From the sequence record OZ035760.1: 64,000 bases of DNA. One strand, given 5' to 3'. The stretch is from Tequatrovirus NIC06P2. The position numbers and the translations under genes are program-made. How positions within the stretch are numbered: position 1 is the first letter of the stretch; each line of letters opens with the position of its first letter. This document shows, one piece after another, positions 1 to 11,503 of the stretch. The notes beneath the pieces are model-generated. The model ran no database searches, was not told the DNA's origin, and saw nothing but the letters and a program-made list of their open reading frames with translations.

Positions 1-26
1 AACAGTTTGACCTAAAAAGAATTTCA

Positions 27-314
27 TTAGAACCTCATTTGAAAACCGTGCGATTTAACATTACCGCCGCCAATATCAGAAATGTTAATTTCACGCGCAA
101 TTGAAGGGTCAATGTCAATTTCGCGATTGAGTTTAGTGATAGCTAAAGTATCACGCCCATTTACTGTACGGAATTCTAAAGGACAAACCACATCAACGTA
201 GTTTTTAATCGATTCGCTAGTAGGTTGCAAATGTGCAGGAAGGTCTTTAGGTGCCTTTGAGAAAACAACTTCACAGAAATTTTTGCGGGTATCAAAATAA
301 GTAGTCATAAACAT
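27..314 (-). CDS. hypothetical protein (gene 30.x-region ORF)
   Basis: Minus-strand ORF; preferred start MFMTTYF (GAGG Shine-Dalgarno ~9 nt upstream). The 112-aa track ORF would read through the hairpin at 332-345. Confidence 0.5.
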   Translation of the reverse strand: MFMTTYFDTRKNFCEVVFSKAPKDLPAHLQPTSESIKNYVDVVCPLEFRTVNGRDTLAITKLNREIDIDPSIAREINISDIGGGNVKSHGFQMRF

Positions 315-331
315 AGTATTTTCCTCAGTAA

Positions 332-345
332 GGGGCCGAAGCCCC
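332..345 (+). other. GC-rich GNRA-loop hairpin (ggggc-cgaa-gcccc) followed by T-rich tract on plus strand
   Basis: Perfect 5-bp stem with cgaa loop seen directly; lies between two minus-strand ORFs; the U-run is on the plus (antisense) side. Confidence 0.4.
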
Positions 346-354
346 TGTTTTATT

Positions 355-720
355 TTAAATATCAAATTCGTTAAGAACTACATCAAAGATTGCTTCAAGA
401 TGCTCAGGTTTAGCTCTGTTACTCAAAATATGACGAATCCAAGTTTTAACCAGAAGCTTACGATTAGCGCCATTCCAGCAAGGATGGGTCCCTAAATCGC
501 GTTGACGAAAATCATCATCCAGAGCGATTTTAAAGTTGGAACCTTCCATTGTGATTGAAACCGTGATGCCATTTTCAAATCGCATATAAACGTAATTAGG
601 AGTCATATACTGTTCAATTTCGCATACTGATCCATTTTGATGTTTCCAAAGGCAAATAGTATCAATAGAACCTGCAATACCATTAGAAACATATTTACGT
701 TCAAAGTTGATGTAGTTCAT
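355..720 (-). CDS. hypothetical protein (121 aa)
   Basis: Complete ORF in six-frame track, co-oriented with flanking early genes; early promoter immediately upstream. Confidence 0.55.
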   Translation of the reverse strand: MNYINFERKYVSNGIAGSIDTICLWKHQNGSVCEIEQYMTPNYVYMRFENGITVSITMEGSNFKIALDDDFRQRDLGTHPCWNGANRKLLVKTWIRHILSNRAKPEHLEAIFDVVLNEFDI

Positions 721-754
721 TTTTATTCTCCGAGATGTTTAATTGCGGTACAGG

Positions 755-786
755 TATATAATATCATATCCTGTACCAAAGTAAAC
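755..786 (-). promoter_or_regulatory. candidate T4-type early promoter (-35 GTTTAC, A/T-rich -10)
   Basis: Reverse complement reads GTTTAC-17 nt-TATTAT just upstream of the ORF starting at 720. Confidence 0.45.
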
Positions 787-788
787 AA

Positions 789-1121
789 TTATTTTACTAC
801 TTTCCAGTGCTTCATGTCAAGTTTACCAACTTTTTTCATCTTCTCAATCAAACGTTCGGCACGTTGGCGAGCTGTAACATAATACCATTCGCCTAATTCA
901 TTTTGTTCAATTTTTCCAACGATTACTGTATTCAATTCATAAATCCAACCAGTAAAGAAATTATGAACTTGGATTGTAAAGGTGAAATCTGTTCCCATAC
1001 CTTCTGTTGTTTCTACTTCAATAATATCACCTTCAACTGCCATTAAGAACCACATAGTTTCATCATATTTACCATTGAAGCATTTAGTTTTAACTGCAGC
1101 GTTCAGATTAATCGTTTTCAT
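789..1121 (-). CDS. hypothetical protein (110 aa)
   Basis: Complete minus-strand ORF. Confidence 0.55.
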   Translation of the reverse strand: MKTINLNAAVKTKCFNGKYDETMWFLMAVEGDIIEVETTEGMGTDFTFTIQVHNFFTGWIYELNTVIVGKIEQNELGEWYYVTARQRAERLIEKMKKVGKLDMKHWKVVK

Positions 1122-1202
1122 TTTATTCTCCTTTGTTTGTGTAAGATAATACTATCACAAAGGAACCATACTGTAAACAACTTTGTGCAATCTTTGGAAA
1201 AT

Positions 1203-1226
1203 AAAAAAGGACTCCCGAAGGAGTCC
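1203..1226 (-). terminator. intrinsic terminator (ggactcc-cgaa-ggagtcc stem-loop plus U-run on minus strand)
   Basis: 7-bp perfect stem with GNRA loop followed by T6 on the minus strand, directly after the stop of ORF 1232..1408. Confidence 0.7.
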
Positions 1227-1231
1227 TCAAC

Positions 1232-1408
1232 TTATGCTTTCTGCTTACCAAAACGAGAAGCATCATCTCGAAGAACCGCACGTGCTCGGCGCATGATCTT
1301 CTCAACAGTTTGATTGATACGAGAGTTCGACCCACGCTTGTAACCAGCGCGTTTAGAATCACCAACTTTCTTTTCAACTGCTTTCTTTGCTTTAGCTTGT
1401 TTTGCCAT
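1232..1408 (-). CDS. small basic protein (about 58 aa from MAKQAKAKK; alternative start at 1450)
   Basis: ORF with Lys/Arg-rich sequence ending right at a strong terminator; start choice uncertain. Confidence 0.45.
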   Translation of the reverse strand: MAKQAKAKKAVEKKVGDSKRAGYKRGSNSRINQTVEKIMRRARAVLRDDASRFGKQKA

Positions 1409-1696
1409 TATAAATTCTCTTTTAAATGAAAATGCAGGACTTATTGGCATTGCCTGCGCAAGCCCTCAAGGGGAACATAGGTTTTGAATATTTACCGACA
1501 GGATAACCATAAACCTCGTCATCATACCACCAAGACTTACACAGATAACACTTTTCTGACGCATGATAGTAACATTCAAGAGGTACACCATAAAACTGCC
1601 GGGGTCTTAAAACTATAATGATTCGCAAATCATTAATCAGACAGTTCGATGGCTCCTCGATTTTAGCTCACACTAAGGCAGTGAATCTCCAATAAA

Positions 1697-1945
1697 TTAC
1701 TTCAGTGTTACCACAAAGTGACGAACTGCTTTTCGTGCAGCAGAAGCCAAAGGCTTAGCATATTTAAGTTCATCTTTTTCCTGAAGCTCAGCAGCTAATG
1801 CAGTTTGAGCAGGATTCAGATGTTTGAAATAACGCAGGATTTCAAGAGCTTCGGCTTCAACATCAATAGATGCGCCATAGTTTTCGTGACCATTATTCCA
1901 TGCGTTTCGTTGCAGTTCAAGAGCGTGTTGTAATTGTTTAATCAT
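1697..1945 (-). CDS. rIII: rIII lysis-inhibition accessory protein (82 aa)
   Basis: Size and sequence match recalled T4 RIII; position between 30.x ORFs and gene 31 as in T4. Confidence 0.85.
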   Translation of the reverse strand: MIKQLQHALELQRNAWNNGHENYGASIDVEAEALEILRYFKHLNPAQTALAAELQEKDELKYAKPLASAARKAVRHFVVTLK

Positions 1946-2092
1946 TTAAAAATTCTCGTTAGAGATTAAAACTCGGTAGTCACGTTCTTCTGAATTTCAT
2001 CTTCTTTCGACAGATCTCTCAGTTGTAGACTACCACGTAGAATTGTTCGGTTAACTTATTATTCCGACACCCAATTCATATTATTATTTATA

Positions 2093-2428
2093 TCACTTAT
2101 AAAGACACGGAATAGCTTTATAGTGACAGGTAACAAATTTTTGTTTAATTTCTTTTGGCTGCTTAAGACCCAGAGCTACAAAAGGATGTGGAACATTTCG
2201 AATTTGACCAACTGGAAGAGAAGTCAAATCACCAACTTCGCAGAAACCTTCAGGAACATCAGGACCGACAGAGTGAACTACACACAGTTCAGGAACTTCA
2301 CCTTGGACACGTTTACCAATAATAAGTCCTGATTCTGTGACTTCTTCATCACCAGCTTGTGCAGGTTCAGAAACTAAAATAACATATTCACCGACAGCAC
2401 GAATTGGTAGCTGTTGTACTTCAGACAT
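2093..2428 (-). CDS. 31: gp31 co-chaperonin (GroES analogue, 111 aa)
   Basis: Length and synteny (rIII-31-cd) as in T4; sequence consistent with T4 gp31. Confidence 0.85.
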
Positions 2429-2484
2429 TGTTTTTCCTTTTTGTTAACAGATGAATTAATAATAACAAATAATTCTTAAAGCAT

Positions 2485-2793
2485 TTATTTACCAATAAAT
2501 TGGAGTAAATGCTCAACTTTCATACCATTAACAGAAATCAATTTGTCAATAGAAAAACCTCGCCATGCACCAAGTTCAACATCAAATACTGGAATCATGT
2601 CAGTAGATTCTTTCCGAGTAGATTCAGTTAATTTACCAGTTTGCATGGTTGGCATAAAGTCTGCGTCACGAGTACCTTTCATAGTACGAATAGTACCATC
2701 AGACTTTTCAAAAACTACGTTTGAAACACCCATGGACAATTTAGTTTTCAAAATTTCACGAATTGCTACTTTCTGCTCAGTTGTCAGTTTCAT
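2485..2793 (-). CDS. hypothetical protein (31.1 position, 102 aa)
   Basis: Complete ORF between gene 31 and cd. Confidence 0.55.
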   Translation of the reverse strand: MKLTTEQKVAIREILKTKLSMGVSNVVFEKSDGTIRTMKGTRDADFMPTMQTGKLTESTRKESTDMIPVFDVELGAWRGFSIDKLISVNGMKVEHLLQFIGK

Positions 2794-3033
2794 TTATTTA
2801 CCTATCACAGTTTTAATATGAGTTGTTCCACGTTCTTTAAGGGTGGAAAGTAATTTTTGGCATTTTTCTAAATCAGATTTCCAACTATATGGTCTATCAA
2901 TACTAGTCCAATCAGTTTTATAATACTGTTTCCATTTAGAGAAAAAATATTTCTTATACTCTACAGCAAATGAGATGTTCTCATTAGAATAAGAACTAAT
3001 TGCTGTGAGCTTTACCAAACGAAATTTCATCAT
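2794..3033 (-). CDS. hypothetical protein (31.2 position, 79 aa)
   Basis: Complete ORF abutting cd. Confidence 0.5.
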   Translation of the reverse strand: MMKFRLVKLTAISSYSNENISFAVEYKKYFFSKWKQYYKTDWTSIDRPYSWKSDLEKCQKLLSTLKERGTTHIKTVIGK

Positions 3034-3611
3034 TCACCACAGAATTCGTTGATATTTTCCCAGTTTAACTTATTCAAGTTTTTCTTAGGAACATTAAACA
3101 CTTCAATACCTGCATTTCGCAAAATATCATCCCAACCAGGTTTATTTTTGTCGTATGTTTCGCAATAAACTAGTTTTTTAATTCCAGATTGAGCTATCGC
3201 TTTTGCGCAATCCGGACATGGAGAAAGTGTTACATACATAGTAGCACCTTCAATAGAAGAACCATTTCGTGCAGCAAACAAAATTGCATTTAGTTCAGCA
3301 TGAATTTCATTTTTAGATGACCATTCCGAGTGAGCACTACGATGTTCTTTTGCCAAGACAAAACGATCAGTTGAACCAAATGATACGCATTCAGGCTTAT
3401 GGCCTTGAATGATAGTATGTTTAGGCTTATTCAACAACCATCCTTGCTCAGCAGCATAATCACAACAGTTCACACCCCCTGCGGGTGAACCATTATACCC
3501 AGTAGAAATAATACGTCCATTCTTTTCAATTACTGCTCCTACCTTCCAGGAGCAACATTTTGATTCTTGTGATACTAAATATGCAATTTGAAGTACTGTA
3601 CTCGCTTTCAT
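3030..3611 (-). CDS. cd: dCMP deaminase (193 aa)
   Basis: Cytidine/deoxycytidylate deaminase zinc-binding signature (HAE...PCxxC) and T4 Cd length; synteny. Confidence 0.9.
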   Translation of the reverse strand: MKASTVLQIAYLVSQESKCCSWKVGAVIEKNGRIISTGYNGSPAGGVNCCDYAAEQGWLLNKPKHTIIQGHKPECVSFGSTDRFVLAKEHRSAHSEWSSKNEIHAELNAILFAARNGSSIEGATMYVTLSPCPDCAKAIAQSGIKKLVYCETYDKNKPGWDDILRNAGIEVFNVPKKNLNKLNWENINEFCGE

Positions 3612-3946
3612 TTCATAATCACCAGATAAGCAGATTTAGCAGTTTCAACACGATAAATTTCGTGACGAAGTTTAGTTATACTTTTAATAATAGAACTAAT
3701 TATATTCTGCCCATCTTTAAAGCGGTTTTTCTTGTCAATAAAAATTGCGCCAATCATCTTTTTGTGAAGCTCAACTGGATACTTCGTCACAATAATAGCA
3801 TCATATACAGAAGGATGAATACTATTCACCAGAGTATCATTCATTAAAGTTATTCTAATGAACTGCGCTGTTTCAGAATCAAGCGCTCTATGATCGCCAG
3901 TATCATTTTCAAGACAATTATCAATTATATCAGTTAAATTCATCAT
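3608..3946 (-). CDS. hypothetical protein (cd.x region, 112 aa)
   Basis: ORF translationally coupled to neighbours (overlapping stop/start). Confidence 0.5.
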   Translation of the reverse strand: MMNLTDIIDNCLENDTGDHRALDSETAQFIRITLMNDTLVNSIHPSVYDAIIVTKYPVELHKKMIGAIFIDKKNRFKDGQNIISSIIKSITKLRHEIYRVETAKSAYLVIMK

Positions 3947-4179
3947 AGTACGCCATACACCCTTTGTGCTTCAACTAATCCATCAAAATCCAATTTGAGA
4001 TGTGTTATTTGGTCACCATCACCTGGATTCACAATTACTAATACTGAACGAGGAGTTTCGGTAATAACGCGAACCGATGTTTCTGGAAATCGTTCAGAAA
4101 CCTTATTTACCAATTCCTGAGCAAATAGTTTAACTTTTTCTTGGAATTCTTTAACAGTAATTGGTTTTTCACTTAGCAT
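3943..4179 (-). CDS. hypothetical protein (78 aa)
   Basis: Complete ORF; early promoter upstream. Confidence 0.5.
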   Translation of the reverse strand: MLSEKPITVKEFQEKVKLFAQELVNKVSERFPETSVRVITETPRSVLVIVNPGDGDQITHLKLDFDGLVEAQRVYGVL

Positions 4180-4204
4180 TTTGTTTTCCTCATTTGTTTT
4201 GGTA

Positions 4205-4239
4205 GAGCTATAATATCACAACTCTACCATAAAGTAAAC
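4205..4239 (-). promoter_or_regulatory. candidate early promoter (GTTTAC -35)
   Basis: Reverse complement GTTTAC-17 nt-ATATTAT upstream of ORF starting at 4179. Confidence 0.4.
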
Positions 4240-4241
4240 TA

Positions 4242-4517
4242 TTAAATTGCTTTGAATTCTGATGTCTGCGATTCAAAACGAATATCACCTTTGATGACTA
4301 ACTCAGCGTCAAGACCGAATACGACAATGATATGCGCGGAACCTGGATACAGCGTAATGGCAATAGAATCCACCTGGTCTGGAAGCAAAGTGTTCAATAC
4401 ATGAGTCACTTGAGCATGAATTCGAAGCTCGGCTGCGTTATCAAGCTTTTCAAACATATTATTAGCGATAATTTGGCTAAAAACTACTTCTACGATTTTA
4501 GAATAAGTCGGAAACAT
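4242..4517 (-). CDS. hypothetical protein (91 aa)
   Basis: Complete ORF. Confidence 0.5.
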   Translation of the reverse strand: MFPTYSKIVEVVFSQIIANNMFEKLDNAAELRIHAQVTHVLNTLLPDQVDSIAITLYPGSAHIIVVFGLDAELVIKGDIRFESQTSEFKAI

Positions 4518-4519
4518 AT

Positions 4520-4712
4520 TTACCTCACATAATTTTCTTCAAGCCAATCAATAACATCCAACGCATTATCAAAAGTTGAACCATCTACTTTTTCTTCTGT
4601 TTCATAATCAAGAACATCTAAGCCTAATCTTCCGTTAACAATAGGCCATAAACAAAATAGATATTTCTTTTCTTTTTCAATTTTATCACAAAGACGATAA
4701 ATCTTTTCTAGG

Positions 4713-4720
<8 letters not shown>
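4520..4720 (-). CDS. hypothetical protein (66 aa)
   Basis: Complete ORF. Confidence 0.45.
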
Positions 4721-6135
<1,415 letters not shown>

Positions 6136-6369
6136 TTATTTTTTCTCAACCAATGATTGAATATAATCATGCAGGTCTTTAGATGCTTTACCCCACTTAT
6201 TTTGATATTCATTTTTGAGATTAGCGCGTGATTGAGCTAATAAAACATCATTAGTTGGAGGTAAAGATTCTAATCGCTGAATCTGGCGTCCATAAATCAT
6301 TGCAGCCATCTCGGATTCATAAATCAATCCTTTAAGATGTTCAAATTGATGCCATGAAATCATTTGCAT
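6136..6369 (-). CDS. hypothetical protein (77 aa)
   Basis: Complete ORF. Confidence 0.5.
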   Translation of the reverse strand: MQMISWHQFEHLKGLIYESEMAAMIYGRQIQRLESLPPTNDVLLAQSRANLKNEYQNKWGKASKDLHDYIQSLVEKK

Positions 6370-6659
6370 TTATCCTCTTTTAACTCTTGACGATAATAAC
6401 ATATCATAGTTTTCTGGTCATGTACATATCGTTTTACATCATTAAGCCAAATACGAAATTCCTGGGAATCTTCAAATGGCATACCGACCCAAGCTTTACC
6501 ATCGATAACTTTAACTTGCCAAGATAGTTTAGCTTCATCATATGACTTTATTTGTACAGGCCAATTAGGATGAACTGTTTCTTTCTTTACTTCTAGAGGC
6601 TTTGTCGAACAACCAACTAGAAGACCAATAGATAATATTACTGCTGATAGTTTAATCAT
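6360..6659 (-). CDS. putative lipoprotein (99 aa; signal peptide with LVGC lipobox)
   Basis: N-terminus MIKLSAVILSIGLLVGCSTKP has hydrophobic core and lipobox Cys. Confidence 0.55.
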   Translation of the reverse strand: MIKLSAVILSIGLLVGCSTKPLEVKKETVHPNWPVQIKSYDEAKLSWQVKVIDGKAWVGMPFEDSQEFRIWLNDVKRYVHDQKTMICYYRQELKEDKCK

Positions 6660-7009
6660 TTAGAAAGGTCCTGGATGTCTTCTGCGAACTTGTTGAAGGA
6701 GTTGTTGATTTGTTTTTCAACCAATCCTGGCTTATGAGCCACCACATCCGCCTTCTTTGCGTCTTTGCGCAGTTTTTCATTTTCACGCTCAATAGCAGCA
6801 ATTGCCTCACGATTTTTATTATTCATCGCATCAATATAATTATACTGAATTCGCAAATTATTTAATGCTAAGGCGTTTTCATTGGCCGTTTTTGTAATTT
6901 CAGTAACTGATGTTTCTAATCTTTCTACCTTATTTTTTAAAATAATAGATGTTCCGCCAAATGCTATTACAAGTAATAGCAATCCAGCTGTAAAATTACT
7001 TACATGCAT
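6656..7009 (-). CDS. hypothetical membrane-anchored coiled-coil protein (117 aa)
   Basis: N-terminal hydrophobic helix (AGLLLLVIAFGG) followed by charged helical region. Confidence 0.5.
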   Translation of the reverse strand: MHVSNFTAGLLLLVIAFGGTSIILKNKVERLETSVTEITKTANENALALNNLRIQYNYIDAMNNKNREAIAAIERENEKLRKDAKKADVVAHKPGLVEKQINNSFNKFAEDIQDLSK

Positions 7010-7506
7010 AAAGTTTTAATAACCTCTATAATATCGTCTTGAGAAAGACCGTTAATTAAAATATGATGTTCAGCTGGAGATTTAGAAATTTTAAAGCATG
7101 CCTCAACATCTTCTGCCATATCCGATGCACTACGATTTGGATTACTAATACCAAGGCGGTGTTTTCCCGTCAAAGGATTAACGATGATATAGCATTTGCA
7201 GCTATTGATATGAACATTGGGTTGAGTCTGATTAATGAACACTTCACAATCATACTTAGCGAGTTGATTTTCTAAAAAGACTTTCATCTCTTCAACCGCA
7301 TCAGGAAGCATATCACGGGCTTGCTCAAGACGACGATTTCGATATTCTTTAATGGTCGTTTTCCGCTTGACTTGCTTAGCTAAATCTTTCTTAAGATCAG
7401 TGATATATCCAACTCGACGATTTCCTTTGAATACAGAAATCCCATCTGTAGTATCACCGTATGCTTCAACGACCATTTCAGTAGTAATAAGCTGCAAATC
7501 CATCAT
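7000..7506 (-). CDS. alc: Alc, inhibitor of host transcription (168 aa)
   Basis: Size and position (pseT region-alc-rnlA) as in T4; sequence consistent with T4 Alc. Confidence 0.8.
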   Translation of the reverse strand: MMDLQLITTEMVVEAYGDTTDGISVFKGNRRVGYITDLKKDLAKQVKRKTTIKEYRNRRLEQARDMLPDAVEEMKVFLENQLAKYDCEVFINQTQPNVHINSCKCYIIVNPLTGKHRLGISNPNRSASDMAEDVEACFKISKSPAEHHILINGLSQDDIIEVIKTLCM

Positions 7507-7530
7507 AAAGTCCTCATGTTATGTCAGTAA

Positions 7531-7564
7531 GACTACTATAACACAACACGAGGGACTTGTAAAC
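7531..7564 (-). promoter_or_regulatory. candidate early promoter
   Basis: GTTTAC on minus strand with TATAGT -10 upstream of alc. Confidence 0.4.
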
Positions 7565-7567
7565 AGC

Positions 7568-9155
<1,588 letters not shown>

Positions 9156-9159
9156 AATA

Positions 9160-9177
9160 AAATGGGCCTTGCGGCCC
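9160..9177 (-). terminator. hairpin (gggcc-gcaa-ggccc) plus short U-tract after nrdB
   Basis: 5-bp GC stem with tetraloop between nrdB stop and denA start. Confidence 0.5.
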
Positions 9178-9182
9178 ACTCC

Positions 9183-9685
9183 TTAAAAATATTTTTTAAA
9201 ACTCATCATAACTTTATCATCAACATCATTATCAATCTGTGCAACAAGGTAAGATGACAGTTCTACTTCTTGTGGCGCGGATTGAACATTATCAGAATTA
9301 AGATATTCACGAATCCAAGGATATGGATGTTTAACCGGAGCATCGGTAATTGGGCATGGAAGACCACACTGTTTCATACGAGATACAGTTAAGTAATCAA
9401 TAAAGCTCCACATGCTATTTGTATTTAATCCAGGAACATCGCCATCTTTAAATAAATGAACTGCCCAATCTTTTTCTTGGCGGTTAACTTCCATGAAAAT
9501 ATCAACTGCTTCTTGTTCACACTCTTGAGCAATTTTAACCCATTCATCGCCATCAGTGCCAAGTTGAAGTTGACGAATAATATATTGAGTGCCTTTAAGG
9601 TGAAGCTGCTCATCACGTGCAATGAACTTCATAATCTTGGCATTACCTTCCATGATTTCCATATTCTTGTGGAAGTTAAAGGTAC
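9183..9685 (-). CDS. nrdB: ribonucleotide reductase small subunit NrdB, exon 2
   Basis: Encodes ...TFNFHKNMEIMEGNAKIMKFIARDEQLHL..., matching the C-terminal half of class Ia RNR beta. Inferred 3' splice site follows an intron-terminal G at 9686. Confidence 0.75.
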
Positions 9686-10776
9686 CGTTATGTTCGATTG
9701 AGCTCGCTAATTCTCAACCCGTTCTCTTATGAACTGCTACATATTACTATGCAGACCAGACTATATCACAATCCCAGAGGGATTCTCCCCATTTCGAGTC
9801 GCTTGACCCTACGTCCGAAGACTAGTCGTTGAACCTTGCTTTGCAATTGTCGCCGTGCCATCGTTTATATGTTGATGGTGATAAATCTTTCTTATCACAA
9901 TATGGACAATTCAATTGAATTCTATTTGGATTTAATTTACATCTGTCATTATGTTTTAGATAAAATCCAGGACCTTTACCAATGTGACCGCAGAAATCAC
10001 ATGTGATTTCTTTTTGTGCAGGATGGGTCCCGTTCTTAACCATTTCTAATGTTTTTGCTGATGTTCTTTTCTTATGGTCTTCTGACAAGAAATGATGTGA
10101 ACCGTCATTTACCCGTTTTGATTGAGTTTCTGACTGCATTTTACCACCGCAAAATACATGAGTACCTTCTTTTATAGCTGCAATATTGCGTTCTTTAACT
10201 TTTGCAATATGCTCAGCTTGTTGAAAATTATGTATACCTAATGCAACTCTATTTAAATTAGATTTACGCTGTATTTCACCGTCTAAAAGATGAAATGTAC
10301 CATTTTCTATCTTAGATTTAATAGAGGCAATATTTTTAGCTCGTACTTCAGGGATATTAAAAATCTGGATTTCTCTAGATTTTGCGGCTTTAGAAGCTAA
10401 TTCAGAAATTTCTTCAGGAGAATATTTCATTCTAAGCTTTATAGCATGACAAGCCTGGTAATCTTTTTGAGCTAAATGTATATCATAATGTTCCTGTATA
10501 GAAAGGCACATCAAATTATCTAAATCATTATTTTCACGGTTACCGTCTTTATGATGGATTTCGTATGTTCTTCCATCAGAATCTTTAGGTATAGGTCCGT
10601 TAGCATCTATCCAAATTTTTCTATAGTTCAATTGTGCATCCTCTTAAAAGTATAATCATATTTATATTATACTAATTAAAGGTGCAAGCAAAACCTTGGC
10701 TGCTAGTTTTCCTATAAAGGACTTTCCAGCAATTAAAGGAGTTTTCGATAAACGTTACCGTTTAAAGGCGCATTTT
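9686..10776 (-). mobile_element. group I intron in nrdB (about 1.09 kb) carrying a homing endonuclease ORF
   Basis: In-frame stop directly after ...RFYVSFA in exon 1. Joining after the exonic U at 10777 to 9685 restores the conserved motif YVSFAC-TFNF. The intron contains a 269-aa HNH ORF. Confidence 0.7.
9822..10631 (-). CDS. I-TevIII: intron-encoded HNH homing endonuclease, I-TevIII-like (269 aa, full length)
   Basis: HNH motif (EIHHKDGNRENNDLDNL...H) plus C-terminal Cys/His zinc-finger-like region; location inside the nrdB intron. Confidence 0.8.
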   Translation of the reverse strand: MNYRKIWIDANGPIPKDSDGRTYEIHHKDGNRENNDLDNLMCLSIQEHYDIHLAQKDYQACHAIKLRMKYSPEEISELASKAAKSREIQIFNIPEVRAKNIASIKSKIENGTFHLLDGEIQRKSNLNRVALGIHNFQQAEHIAKVKERNIAAIKEGTHVFCGGKMQSETQSKRVNDGSHHFLSEDHKKRTSAKTLEMVKNGTHPAQKEITCDFCGHIGKGPGFYLKHNDRCKLNPNRIQLNCPYCDKKDLSPSTYKRWHGDNCKARFND

Positions 10777-11452
10777 ACGCAAAAGATACATAAAAACGAA
10801 TAGCTTCTAAGGCATTAATAACGTGTAAACAGAGGTAAAGAGACTTCATTAAAGCACGTTTAGCTTCGGCTTCTTGTTTAATAGCTCGGTTTAAACGAAA
10901 GTCGGCATCAGGAGATTCTTTAGCTAGTTCTACAAATTCTTTAGCATTTTCCCATTCACGGGTTTTAACCAAGACATCATCATAATAGCGACCGATAGAT
11001 TCAGCACGTTTCATGATAGCTTCATCTAATACAATCTCATCAAATACCTTCGATGGATCAGTATAAAGATTTCGCATGATATGAGTATATGAACGACTGT
11101 GAATAGTTTCACTAAAAGTCCACGTAGCAACCCATGTATCAAGACTTGGGTCTGAAATTAATGACATAAGTACAGCAGACGGTGCACGACCCTGAATGCT
11201 ATCTAGAAGTGATTGATACTTCAGGTTATTAGTAAAAATATCCTGCTGATATTGAGGAAGCTTATTAAATTGTGCAGCATCCATCATCAAGTTTACTTCT
11301 TCAGGACGCCAGAAAAATGATAAGGACTTCTCTGTAAGTTCTTCAAATACTCGATGCCGTTGAATATCATAACGCGCAATACCAAGACCTGAACCAAAAA
11401 ACATAGGTTCTTTTAAAACATCAACTGGATTTGTATTAAAAACTGTGCTCAT
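10777..11452 (-). CDS. nrdB: ribonucleotide reductase small subunit NrdB, exon 1
   Basis: Encodes the N-terminal half of RNR beta ending ...ALEAIRFYVSFA; di-iron/tyrosyl radical region is recognisable. Confidence 0.8.
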
Positions 11453-11503
11453 AAATTTTCCACTTAGTTAATAGTTGGTGACTCGTCCGTGAGTCAAATT
11501 ATA

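Noticed and set aside
637-882. Plus-strand ORFs from the six-frame track that lie inside minus-strand early genes (e.g. 637..882, 2123..2332, 5310..5687, 17683..18162, 35033..35383, 61002..61196)
   Set aside because: They are antisense to well-supported genes and lack ribosome-binding sites; they look like by-products of AT-rich sequence.
1123-1377. 84-aa minus-strand ORF overlapping ORF 1232..1450
   Set aside because: It contains the strong terminator hairpin at 1203-1226 inside its coding region; the alternative frame that ends just before the terminator is more plausible.
1422-1628. Cys-rich 68-aa minus-strand ORF downstream of rIII
   Set aside because: It overlaps the start region of the basic ORF, has no ribosome-binding site, and its odd composition suggests a chance frame; left unannotated.
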